A stretch of DNA of 64,000 bases, taken from NCBI GenBank assembly GCA_963665665.1, contig OY762428.1:3232001-3296000 (forward strand), read 5' to 3'. The DNA comes from Candidatus Kapaibacterium sp. GTDB lineage: Bacteria > Bacteroidota > Ignavibacteria > Kapaibacteriales > UBA2268. Position 1 is the stretch's first letter; the number at the start of each line of letters is the position of its first letter. Below the pieces are notes generated by a model. That model did no database searches. It was not told the DNA's origin and saw only the letters and a list, made by a program, of their open reading frames with translations. Shown one piece after another: positions 38,610 to 48,423 of this stretch. A program made the position numbers and the translations under genes.

Positions 38610-40298
38610 CTAAGCAGAATAATTTTTTAAAAACAAGTCTTCTGATTCTTTCTTTCCGATTAATATCAGCAACGCATCTTTCCTAAGTTCCATGTCAGGG
38701 TCCGGGTTTACAAATGTTCTGCCATCCTTCTTTATGGCAATTACATTGCATCCGGTATTCTGCCGGATGTTTGAGTTTTTCAGATTCCTTCCAATTAGCC
38801 TGTCAGGTACTTTGGAAGTAAAAATATCGATCCCTTCACTAAGCATAATTATCTGATTCTCTTTGTGAAAATTAAATACTGCATTTGCGGTCAGCGAGGT
38901 GTAGGACATAACCAGATCAGCGCCGGCTCTTCTTAAGGTAGAAACATTTTTATCCGTATTAGCCCTGCTGATAATCTGTATATCAGGCCTTAATCTTCTG
39001 CAGTATATGGTCAGGTAAATATTCATGTCGTCATCACTTGTAGATATTATAACCGAAGGAGCATTTTTTATACCTGCTTCTTCCAGAATTTGCAGATCAG
39101 CAGCATTGCCAACTATTGTTTTTTCCGGAAGTATCACATTTTTTTGTTCTTTTTCGACCATAGTATAATCTATGCCGCGTTTATTCAATCCGTTTGCCAC
39201 GAATTTTCCAACCCTGCCTGATCCGATAATTACAACAGGAGCCGTTTGTGTACCGAAAATTATAAATGTTTCATTGTAACGATCAATATTTTCTTTTTCG
39301 CCAATCATTACAAGTACTGTTGACTTTTTAATAACATAATCCGGCCTGGCATCAATAAAATCGCCGTGTTCCCAAAATCCAATAATATTTATACCGATCT
39401 TTTCTCTTAAACTCAGGTCAGAAAGTGTTTTGCCGATTAATGGTGTACCCATTACCGGGGCTTCGGCTATTATGAAATTCTCAAATTGTCCGATATTAGT
39501 GGCCGAGGCATTGAAACCTATAGTTCTTCTTGCGAAGGCATCACCTATCATCTTTCGTGGTTCCAGTACCAGGTTGCTGCCTGCCAATCCCAGAATATCA
39601 ATCGAATCATGAGAATCAGCTGTGGTAACGATTTGGGTTTTTTGGGTCAGTTCCCTCAGGGTAAAGGCAACATTGGTATTGATTTCATCAGTATTTGATG
39701 CGAAAATCATCGAGGCATTATCAGCTCTCATTTTTGTATAGGTTTCCGGATCATCAAGAAAACCATAACCAACTTTGTAGCCGATATCATAAATTTCCAT
39801 TGCTTTTTTCAGGTCATCGAGAATTATTATATAATTATTTCCATATCTGGAAAACTTTTCTATCAATGAAATGGTAATGTCGTCAAATGATGTAAAAATG
39901 ATATGTTTTTTTGTTTCTGCAGGAAGCGACCTCGGGGCTCTTGCTTTGTTTTGTGCTTCTATCCAGGGTGAATAAAAGAATTGAATAAATGTAAAAGGCA
40001 GAAGAACAAGGAGAAGCAATACTCCTGACATGAGCACAACAATCGAGAACAATCTTCCCAGATCACTATGGAAGGTGATGTCTCCGAAACCAAGTGTACT
40101 CATCACAGTAAGTGCCCAGTAAAAACCTGTTAACCAACTATGATGCTGCCCTTCGTATTCCATAATCACATGGAAGAGCACACTAAAGACGCTGATCAGA
40201 ACAAATAGCAGCAATAAGAATAGAAGCAAATATTTCAGGTTTCTTTTGGAACTTCTGTTTTGAAAAAAGTAAGAAAGTTGGGAACTAATGAACTTCAT
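38610..40298 (-). CDS. Potassium channel protein with tandem RCK (TrkA-N/TrkA-C) domains
   Basis: Pore signature TVMSTLGFGD between two TMs; GSGRVG Rossmann motif; duplicated TrkA-C (LIGKTL, LIGRNL). Confidence 0.9.
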   Translation of the reverse strand: MKFISSQLSYFFQNRSSKRNLKYLLLFLLLLFVLISVFSVLFHVIMEYEGQHHSWLTGFYWALTVMSTLGFGDITFHSDLGRLFSIVVLMSGVLLLLVLLPFTFIQFFYSPWIEAQNKARAPRSLPAETKKHIIFTSFDDITISLIEKFSRYGNNYIIILDDLKKAMEIYDIGYKVGYGFLDDPETYTKMRADNASMIFASNTDEINTNVAFTLRELTQKTQIVTTADSHDSIDILGLAGSNLVLEPRKMIGDAFARRTIGFNASATNIGQFENFIIAEAPVMGTPLIGKTLSDLSLREKIGINIIGFWEHGDFIDARPDYVIKKSTVLVMIGEKENIDRYNETFIIFGTQTAPVVIIGSGRVGKFVANGLNKRGIDYTMVEKEQKNVILPEKTIVGNAADLQILEEAGIKNAPSVIISTSDDDMNIYLTIYCRRLRPDIQIISRANTDKNVSTLRRAGADLVMSYTSLTANAVFNFHKENQIIMLSEGIDIFTSKVPDRLIGRNLKNSNIRQNTGCNVIAIKKDGRTFVNPDPDMELRKDALLILIGKKESEDLFLKNYSA

Positions 40299-40681
40299 AC
40301 AATTCGATTTATTATTTTAACAACGGCATTTATGTAAAGCTAATGATTTATTAAAATTATCCAAATAAAAATTGTTTCTAATATTCCGGATATATTATTC
40401 AGATAATTTCTTTGTTATCACTATTACGTTTAATATGATATATTATGATCCTGGTTAATCAGAATATGCCGTGCTTTTATCCTTCAACATCTGATATTTT
40501 TTAGGATTTTTTATTCCGAATGCAATAATAAATGTTTGAAATAGACATATTATAAAAAGAAAATATTAATGATATTTCAGGGTAGAATTTTATCTCTAAG
40601 GGTTATCAGGTTTTATTATAAACTATAATATTATCTGGAATTATTAGACAATCTCTTTGAAGAAATGGAAAAACTTACAAT

Positions 40682-41689
40682 ATGGACATAGCAACACAAA
40701 CAGTTTTGGGAGCAGCAGTTGGAGAAGTTGTTTTAGGAAAAAAAGCCGGAAATAAAGCCATTCTTTGGGGTGCTGTAGGTGGTATAATACCTGATTTGGA
40801 TATTTTTATCACGCCATTTTTCAGTGATGTTGACGGGCTTTTTGTTCACAGGGGGTTTAGTCATTCCTTAGTCTTTGCATTTATTCTTGCACCGATTCTC
40901 AGCTGGCTGGTTCATAAAATTCACCGGAAAAAATCGGGGATCTCTCAATTTGAATGGATGAAACTAATATTCATGGCCGCATTTACACATCCCATATTAG
41001 ATTACCTGACTACATACGGAACAGGGGCATTTCTGCCATTTTCCGGTTACAGGGTGGAATTTAGTACTGTTGCTATTGTAGATGTTTTTTACACCATACC
41101 ACTAATTTTGGTATTAGTAACAATAATGTTTATGAATCGTGCATCTATGTTGCGAAGAAGGCTTATTGTGGGAGTAGTTATACTGACTACTTTATACCTT
41201 GCCGGAACTGTAGGAAATAAAATCTACATCAATTCTGTTTTTGAAAAAGCCTTTGATAAGGAAAAAATTGATTATAATAGATATACAACCTCTCCGCTTC
41301 CCCTGAGTAATTTTTTATGGATGGGAATAGCTGAAGCGCAAGGCGGTTATTATGTGGGACTCTTTTCAAATTTTGATAATAGCAAACCATCTGATTTTTC
41401 CTATATACCACGCAATGAAGCCTTAATTGAAAACTTTTCTGATGATGAAGAATTAAAAAATCTGATCAGGTTTTCCAAAGGATATTATCACGTTGGTAAA
41501 GATAAGGACGGATTGTATCTCGCTGATCTGAGGTTTGGCAAAATGGGAATTAGTGAGAATTCTGATTATGTGTTTAAATTCTACCTTGTGACATCGGATG
41601 GAAAATTAACCATAAGGCAATCAGAAAGATCACGAAATGTTGATGGAAGTGATTTTGCAGCATTTATTCAAAGGATAAGGGGTATCTGA
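40682..41689 (+). CDS. Inner-membrane metal-dependent hydrolase (YdjM family)
   Basis: MDIATQ..LGAAVG, PDLD, HRGFSHS, THPILD, TTYGT, DLRFG. Confidence 0.85.
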   Translation: MDIATQTVLGAAVGEVVLGKKAGNKAILWGAVGGIIPDLDIFITPFFSDVDGLFVHRGFSHSLVFAFILAPILSWLVHKIHRKKSGISQFEWMKLIFMAAFTHPILDYLTTYGTGAFLPFSGYRVEFSTVAIVDVFYTIPLILVLVTIMFMNRASMLRRRLIVGVVILTTLYLAGTVGNKIYINSVFEKAFDKEKIDYNRYTTSPLPLSNFLWMGIAEAQGGYYVGLFSNFDNSKPSDFSYIPRNEALIENFSDDEELKNLIRFSKGYYHVGKDKDGLYLADLRFGKMGISENSDYVFKFYLVTSDGKLTIRQSERSRNVDGSDFAAFIQRIRGI

Positions 41690-41727
41690 TATGGATGCTT
41701 CCTGATGGATCTATTTGCTATTAAAAG

Positions 41728-41760
41728 ACTCGCCCAACAATATAAAATCGTTGGGCGGGT
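41728..41760. terminator. Hairpin terminator between convergent genes
   Basis: actcgcccaac/gttgggcgggt stem. Confidence 0.55.
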
Positions 41761-41788
41761 AAAAAACAATCAACCGGAAAAAAAATAT

Positions 41789-42982
41789 TTATATAACGCC
41801 ATTTTCCTTCAGCTCGTTAATTTTTTCTTCGTCAAACCCAAGAGTTGCCAGTATTTCATTATTATGCTGGCCCAGTGTTGGCGGGGGAGTAACGGCTTTG
41901 CCCTCGTTTTTCTCCATTTTGGCTGTCTGGTTGAATACGGTGATTTCACCAACTCCTTCAAGATCAAGTTTGCTGAAAGTTTCCCTGTGTTCAATCTGTG
42001 GTGCAGTAAGGGCGTCGCCAAGCGACAGTATAGCTCCGGAAGGAACCCCGCTTTTATTCATGTTTTCAACCCAGTATTCCGTGGTTTGTTCCATCAGTTT
42101 TTCTTCCAGGATTGGGGTAAGCTCGAACCTGTTGGCTTTTCTTGTATCCCTTTCCTTAAAGCGCGGGTCTTCTTTCAGTTCGGGAAGGCCAGCCAGGTCG
42201 GCGACAGCTTCCCACTGTTCCTGTTTGTTGGCGGCAATATTAATATAGCCGTCTTTTGTTCTGAAAGTTCCCGAAGGAGCTGCCGTGAAATTATCATTAC
42301 CAAGGAGCGTAGGCTGTTGACCGGCAATCATCAGGTTTGCGGCCACCCATCCCATAAGTGGCATAACAGAATCAAGCAGGGCTATATCGATAAACTGGCC
42401 CTCGCCTGTTTTCTGCTGGTGGAACAATCCGGCCATAATGGCAAATGCAGCGTTTAGCCCTCCAACTGTGTCGCAAAGCGGGAATCCTGCGCGTAGCGGA
42501 TTAAGAGTTTTGTCGCCATTAACGGCCATTACTCCGCTCAGGCCCTGAATTATCTGGTCATAAGCCGGTTTTTTTGCATCCGGTCCTGTCTGTCCGAATC
42601 CCGAGATAGCACAATAAACCAGTTTGGGATTGATTTTTTTTAAAGATTCGTATCCGATTTCCAGCCTGTCCATAACGCCGGGACGGAAATTTTCTACCAC
42701 TACGTCGGCAGTTTTAACCAATTCCCTGAAAATTTCTTTTGCTTTCTGCTCTTTCAGGTTCAGTGTTATAGATTTCTTATTTGAATTTTGTGCTATGAAG
42801 CTTGTTCCCATAAGCTTCTGATTAAATTCCTTCACGCAGCCCAGTTTGCGGGCAAGGTCGCCGCCTTTCGGGTTTTCAATTTTGATAACCTCGGCTCCGA
42901 GCCATGCCAGGTGCAAAGTTGAAAACGGCCCAGACAGCACGTTTGTCAAATCCAGTACCCTTATTCCTTCTAAAATCCCCAT
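41789..42982 (-). CDS. Family III CoA-transferase (CaiB/BaiF)
   Basis: LEGIRVLDL, SGPF, GAEVIKIE, NKKSITLNLK, VVENFRPG, ISGFGQTGP, AYDQIIQ, LGQHN. Confidence 0.93.
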   Translation of the reverse strand: MGILEGIRVLDLTNVLSGPFSTLHLAWLGAEVIKIENPKGGDLARKLGCVKEFNQKLMGTSFIAQNSNKKSITLNLKEQKAKEIFRELVKTADVVVENFRPGVMDRLEIGYESLKKINPKLVYCAISGFGQTGPDAKKPAYDQIIQGLSGVMAVNGDKTLNPLRAGFPLCDTVGGLNAAFAIMAGLFHQQKTGEGQFIDIALLDSVMPLMGWVAANLMIAGQQPTLLGNDNFTAAPSGTFRTKDGYINIAANKQEQWEAVADLAGLPELKEDPRFKERDTRKANRFELTPILEEKLMEQTTEYWVENMNKSGVPSGAILSLGDALTAPQIEHRETFSKLDLEGVGEITVFNQTAKMEKNEGKAVTPPPTLGQHNNEILATLGFDEEKINELKENGVI

Positions 42983-43020
42983 TTAATTTCTCCGAAGTTT
43001 AAATATATGTTTTAAAAAAT

Positions 43021-43926
43021 CTATTTCCCTATCGGCCCTGACTTATACACATAGCCGGGCAGCTCTCTATCAAAAAAGATGCTTAGGTCTTTAGCAATAT
43101 CTATCAGTTTAAGCAGGTTGATGTCTTCTCTGATGCCGGCTCTTTGCAGGAAGTGAACAAGATCTTCTGTGCATACGTTGCCGGCTGCAAGTTTTGTAAA
43201 CGGACATCCTCCCAATCCGCCAAATGCTGATTCAAGGAATTTTGCTCCGCTTTCAATTGCTGCATAGCAGTTTGCAAGTCCGAGGCCATAAGTATTATGA
43301 AAATGGGCTGCAAGTTCAGCTTCCGGATCCATTTTCATTATAGTTGAGAATAAGTCTGCAACCTGGTATGGATTACCATGGCCGGCAGTATCAGCCAGGC
43401 TGATCTTTTTAATTCCGGCCGAAAAATATTTTTCAGCTATGGCAATTACATTTTCTTTGGGAACATTTCCTTCGAAGCCGCAACCGAATGCCGACTGAAC
43501 CGAAGCCTGTACTGTTTTGCCGGACTTCATAGCTTCAACGGCAATTTTTATTATCCTGTCAGCAGCGTCGGCTACAGTCATTCTTGTGTTTTTCATGCTG
43601 TGGGTTTCACTTGCCGATACTCCAACGCAGATCATATCGCATCCGCAATCTATGGCCCTTTCCACTCCTTTTCCATTCAGAGCCAGGCCGGACAGGATTA
43701 CTTTTTCCGGTTTGCGGCCGGGCTCGTTGTAATAACGAAAGATTTTATCGGTATCGGCCATCTGCGGCACTTTCACCGGATGAACGAAAGAACCGACCTG
43801 GATCATATCCATTCCCGCTTCTATCAGGGCGTCAATCCATTCGATCTTTTTTTCGAACGGAACAGTTGTTTTTTCCATTTGCAGGCCGTCCCTGAGGCCT
43901 GATTCGTGCAAAATAATTTCTTTCAT
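43021..43926 (-). CDS. Hydroxymethylglutaryl-CoA lyase family protein
   Basis: LRDGLQ, SFVHP..VPQMAD, LADTAG, HFHNTYG, GGLGGCPF, GNVCTED. Confidence 0.9.
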   Translation of the reverse strand: MKEIILHESGLRDGLQMEKTTVPFEKKIEWIDALIEAGMDMIQVGSFVHPVKVPQMADTDKIFRYYNEPGRKPEKVILSGLALNGKGVERAIDCGCDMICVGVSASETHSMKNTRMTVADAADRIIKIAVEAMKSGKTVQASVQSAFGCGFEGNVPKENVIAIAEKYFSAGIKKISLADTAGHGNPYQVADLFSTIMKMDPEAELAAHFHNTYGLGLANCYAAIESGAKFLESAFGGLGGCPFTKLAAGNVCTEDLVHFLQRAGIREDINLLKLIDIAKDLSIFFDRELPGYVYKSGPIGK

Positions 43927-43974
43927 ATCAAAAGCCTGATCTATGTTTCAATTATACAAAAATAATTGGCGCCA

Positions 43975-45384
43975 TTAAGCGGCAGCCTCATCTTTTTCCT
44001 TAAATCCTTTCATCATCCATCCTTTAGCAAAGAACAGCGCTACCGGAGTTGAGATAGAAATAAATCCGTATATCAGCCACATTGTTTCTGTATTTAACGA
44101 TGCAAGCGGCATATCGTCGGGGCAATAGTTCATCAGGAACCAGCCTGAATATAAACTGGTAACCAATTTGGTCAGGAACCATGGGAACTGCCCCAATCCC
44201 ATGTAAATTCCCGTCATATCCTTTGGAGCGATTTCAGCAACCCATTGCAGAAAACGCGGCTGCCACATGGCTTCGCCGATAGTAAGAACTATTATATATA
44301 TAAACAAAGAATATATATTCGGCCCTGCTGTAAGTATAAATGGCGAAGCACCCATTATAGCAGTACCAATGATCATCATTTTATAAGTATGCTTTTTCAT
44401 TGTTAAAGCAGTGATCATTGGGGTCAGAACAAAAATAAAAATCGGGTTCAGATTTACGAAGAATTCAAAATTTTCGCTCACAAGGCCGTCAAAGGCTCGC
44501 TCGCAATATTGTGGCAGAGTCAGCCAGTTGTGGGCAAATAATGTTTGTACGGGAATTAAAATAAATATAAAGAACATGAACCTGTAATCCGTGATCGGAA
44601 ATCTTTTTATATAGCTGATAATTCTAACTTTTAATGGTTCTTTCTCTTTTTTAACTATTTCGGCTTCCTCTTCTTTTTCCTCGTCGGTTTGAACCTGTTC
44701 CATGGCATCTTTTATTGCCTTTTTGCTAAGGATAATCATAACCAGTACAAGCCCGACAATTGTAAGAGCTGCATATACCCAGAAAACCCCTGTAATTCCA
44801 AAAGCTTTGCGGACTGGCGGGGATATCAGCCCGGGGAGAAATCCGCCAAGGTTCATGATAGCATAAAGCATAGCATAACCCATTGCCGCAGTATCTTTAT
44901 TTGTAAATTTTCTTACTGCCGCATAGCAGGCTGGCTGGTAAATTCCATATCCGATAACAACTCCGGCAAGCCCGAGAATTGATATTAAATGTGCTGCTGA
45001 CCAAAGCCCTTCACCACCGGCAATATTGGGAATCCCGGCAAGCACAACCCGGCCAAAAAACATAGTGGCCAGGGCAATAATTAATGATCTCCTGACCCCA
45101 ATAAAATCAACCGTGGCCCCAAGTGCCAGCATTGCTATAGTAATTCCGGCAGTCAGAAGGCCTACCATTTGTCCGGCGTGTATGTCATTCAGCCCTACAT
45201 ACTCATTATAATACATTGCCAGAAGTCCAAGAATACCAAAATAAGCAAGGCCTTCAATAAGGTAGGAGATGTTAACTCCAAACAATGCCCTCGGTGCTTT
45301 CACAAGATCTTTAAACGGCTGGGTTATTTCCTGAATAACCTGAGAAATGATATTTTTATCTTTACTTTCCTTAGCATCCTGCAT
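43975..45384 (-). CDS. MFS transporter, POT/PTR-like
   Basis: About 12 TMs; EGLAYFG, GYAMLYAIMNLGG, LNPIFI, TIGEAMWQP. Confidence 0.8.
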   Translation of the reverse strand: MQDAKESKDKNIISQVIQEITQPFKDLVKAPRALFGVNISYLIEGLAYFGILGLLAMYYNEYVGLNDIHAGQMVGLLTAGITIAMLALGATVDFIGVRRSLIIALATMFFGRVVLAGIPNIAGGEGLWSAAHLISILGLAGVVIGYGIYQPACYAAVRKFTNKDTAAMGYAMLYAIMNLGGFLPGLISPPVRKAFGITGVFWVYAALTIVGLVLVMIILSKKAIKDAMEQVQTDEEKEEEAEIVKKEKEPLKVRIISYIKRFPITDYRFMFFIFILIPVQTLFAHNWLTLPQYCERAFDGLVSENFEFFVNLNPIFIFVLTPMITALTMKKHTYKMMIIGTAIMGASPFILTAGPNIYSLFIYIIVLTIGEAMWQPRFLQWVAEIAPKDMTGIYMGLGQFPWFLTKLVTSLYSGWFLMNYCPDDMPLASLNTETMWLIYGFISISTPVALFFAKGWMMKGFKEKDEAAA

Positions 45385-45571
45385 TAAATTCCCCTTAAAT
45401 ATTATTACCCTAAAATAATTTCAATTTTTACAAGTCTCTAAATTAATAATTTATACATCCTTATCCAATAAAAACGGATTTGAGATAAAAATTTCGGGTA
45501 GACAGTTTAGATCACACATCAAAAAATTAGAAACATTATAATTATATTTACTAATTATTTATTGGTGTACT

Positions 45572-46915
45572 ATGTTTGTTGCCCCTTTTTTCAAAGCTTA
45601 CCCGATATTGGTGCTGCTCTTGATACTATCATCATGCAATTCTGGTTTTCAGTCTGTTAATCCGGTAATTTTCACTTCAAATGAATTCAAAGGCTATGAA
45701 AATGTAGATAATCTTCTTGAATTTTCTGCATACCCACATACCAATGATAGAATTTCATCAATAGATGTTAAGATTTTTAAAAATGGAAAGGATGAAACCC
45801 CTGCCGGTCTGAAAATTGAAAAAAAATTGAAATCAACTGATCAATTGTCAAAAATTAAATTTGTTGTCAAATATCAAGGCCTCCCGGCCGGGGATTATCT
45901 TGTCCGGATAAATTATCAAATTTCTGATAAGATGGTGAATGAGAAAGTTCCTCTGTTAATTTCGAAGTTGGGCATAGCCCATGAAAGCGAAGTGGCAATA
46001 AATAATTTCCTTGAGGAAAACAGTTTTATTGGCAGTAAAATATTTTTTTCTGCCACAGCTGAAAATCCCGTTAATGATTTTAACAATTATACAACAATTA
46101 TTAATATTGATACAGCTCAATATGAGTTCTCAGGATTAATAATACCTGAAAATTCAGCCCCCGTTCCGGCAGCTGATGCTAAAACTGTCAGGTGCACAAT
46201 ATTATGGCAAAATCCTGCTGATAATAGTCCGGTTGAAGTATTCAGAAGTTCGGAATTTCCCCTGAAACAACAGCCGCCCGATATTAACCTTTCAAACAAA
46301 TTATATGAACTTCATGGATCCGGGAAGAAACTCAGCCTGATTGTTTCCGGTATTAAAATCAATAACCCGGATTTCGGCATTCTTCCTGCCGGAGATAAAT
46401 TCGTAAATAGCAATTGCCCGGGTATTATAACCTGTAAGGCTGAATTTGGCGGGGATCTTCAGGAAAATATTATAACAACAATTAATTGCGGCGTAAAATT
46501 TGGTTTTTCCTTTAATAAAATAAAGGATTATCTGACTGAAATTTCCGATATACTACCGTCAAAATCGAAGCTTGAATGCTGGAAAAAGGTATATGACTAT
46601 TTCGAAGGGCAGAATTCAATCGTTACTTCAACTGATAATAGCGGATGTGTTGTTTACGATAATGTGTATTTCAAAATTGAAGATATTGAGACATTTCTAT
46701 CCGAGGGAGATGTTGAGATTGTTTCCGAACCTATAATTCAGAGGATGTTTGATTATTATATAATCCATCTTGAATTAAAACCTAAGGGACGAAATAAAAA
46801 AATAAACGGACAGATTGTTTTTACAGTTTCCGCTAAAGCTGTAAATCCTGCTAATAGTATAGAATCAATTACGGTTACAGAAAAAGTAATTGCGCCGTTG
46901 AATTATTCTGAGTAA
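45572..46915 (+). CDS. Hypothetical lipoprotein
   Basis: 447-aa ORF with lipobox ILSS-C; beta-rich; no recognised catalytic motif. Confidence 0.6.
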   Translation: MFVAPFFKAYPILVLLLILSSCNSGFQSVNPVIFTSNEFKGYENVDNLLEFSAYPHTNDRISSIDVKIFKNGKDETPAGLKIEKKLKSTDQLSKIKFVVKYQGLPAGDYLVRINYQISDKMVNEKVPLLISKLGIAHESEVAINNFLEENSFIGSKIFFSATAENPVNDFNNYTTIINIDTAQYEFSGLIIPENSAPVPAADAKTVRCTILWQNPADNSPVEVFRSSEFPLKQQPPDINLSNKLYELHGSGKKLSLIVSGIKINNPDFGILPAGDKFVNSNCPGIITCKAEFGGDLQENIITTINCGVKFGFSFNKIKDYLTEISDILPSKSKLECWKKVYDYFEGQNSIVTSTDNSGCVVYDNVYFKIEDIETFLSEGDVEIVSEPIIQRMFDYYIIHLELKPKGRNKKINGQIVFTVSAKAVNPANSIESITVTEKVIAPLNYSE

Positions 46916-47045
46916 AAAAAAATATTTTTTTTTGGTAAGACTAAAATAAATAGGACTTGTTGCGTCTTATTTATTGAGGCTGATGAAAACAGCCAAAGGA
47001 ATTGAAGAAAATTAATTTTATACAGTTTTAAATCAGGAGAAAAAA

Positions 47046-48038
47046 ATGGATCTCAGAACAACTTATCTCGGACTTGAATTAAATTCACCTATCGTTGTTT
47101 CCGCATCACCGCTTTCAGAAAACGTTGAAAACATTAAATTAATGGAAGAAAAAGGTGCAGGCGCCGTAGTACTTTATTCACTCTTCGAAGAACAGCTTCG
47201 TCAGGATCAGTTACTTGCTGATTATCACGACAATCTTGGCGAAGGCCTTTCCGCAGAGTCAGGAAGTTTCTTCCCGACACCGGACGAATACCGTACCGGC
47301 CCGGAAGAATATCTTGAATTGATTAAAAATGCCAAGGCTGCCGTTAAAATTCCAATCATTGCAAGCCTTAACGGATCGACCCGGGGCGGTTGGATAAGCT
47401 ATGCGAAGAAAATGCAGGAAGCCGGCGCAGATGCTCTTGAGCTGAATATATATGATATTCCAACAAACCTTGACGAGAGCGCCGATAAAGTTGAAGAAAG
47501 ATATATTGAAGTAGTAAAGGCAGTAAAAAGCGAAGTATCAATACCTGTAGCCGTAAAGCTCAGCCCCTTCTTTTCGAATATGGCAAACATGGCCCGCAAG
47601 CTGAAAGAAGCCGGAGCTGACGGACTGGTAATGTTCAACCGATTCTACCAGCCGGGTATCGACCTTGAAAATCTGGAGATTGTTCCAAACCTAATGCTCA
47701 GCCACTCATCTGCATCAAGGCTTCCCATGCGCTGGATTGCTATACTGAAAGACAGAATAGATGTTAGCTATGCTGCAACAAGCGGTATCCACACGGGTGA
47801 AGATGTAGCAAAAATGTTGCTGGTTGGCGCTAACGCCACAATGGTATGCTCGGCACTGCTGAAAAATGGAATAGGTCACATTGCAGAAATGAAAGATCAG
47901 CTTGAGAACTGGATGAAAGAAAAAGAACATAAATCAATAAGTGATTTTTCTGCCAGTATGACACAGGCAAAGATCGAAGACCCCGGAAAATTTGAAAGAG
48001 CACAGTACATGAAGGCTCTTACAGGATATAAAGTGTAA
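47046..48038 (+). CDS. Dihydroorotate-dehydrogenase-like flavoprotein
   Basis: DLRTTYLGL, SLFEEQ, PIIASLNG, ALELNIY (no SCPN), VAVKLSP, FNRFYQP, FERAQY. Confidence 0.88.
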   Translation: MDLRTTYLGLELNSPIVVSASPLSENVENIKLMEEKGAGAVVLYSLFEEQLRQDQLLADYHDNLGEGLSAESGSFFPTPDEYRTGPEEYLELIKNAKAAVKIPIIASLNGSTRGGWISYAKKMQEAGADALELNIYDIPTNLDESADKVEERYIEVVKAVKSEVSIPVAVKLSPFFSNMANMARKLKEAGADGLVMFNRFYQPGIDLENLEIVPNLMLSHSSASRLPMRWIAILKDRIDVSYAATSGIHTGEDVAKMLLVGANATMVCSALLKNGIGHIAEMKDQLENWMKEKEHKSISDFSASMTQAKIEDPGKFERAQYMKALTGYKV

Positions 48039-48067
48039 AATAATAACGTTGTATAAACTCCGAAGAT

Positions 48068-48105
48068 TAAAAATGCCCCTGCAACACGGGGCATTTTTAT
48101 TTTTT
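48068..48105 (+). terminator. Intrinsic terminator
   Basis: taaaaatgcccc/ggggcattttta stem followed by T-run. Confidence 0.8.
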
Positions 48106-48423
48106 GATTTTGAATAAGAAAAGCATAAATAATAAATACTTGGTAAATAAGCAACAAAAAAAAGAACTTTTTTTAAACACTTAGTCTTGGCTAAACAAAT
48201 ATTTTACAATTTTCTTTTTTTTGTTGTTTTTTATGAGATTTTATTAATCTATGGTATAGAATGTTTTATGGGAATATTTGCAACACGCCTATCACATAAT
48301 GATTTTTTGTTTTGAATATATACTTGAATATTCTAATAAAACTTACTAAGTTTCGGTAATGCAGGTTGAATAAAATACTTGTAAGCATAACTAACACTTT
48401 ATTGAAAAATGTAAAGTAGAAAC

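Noticed and set aside
41705-42457. 250-aa + strand ORF
   Set aside because: Antisense shadow of the clearly recognisable CoA-transferase; no motifs
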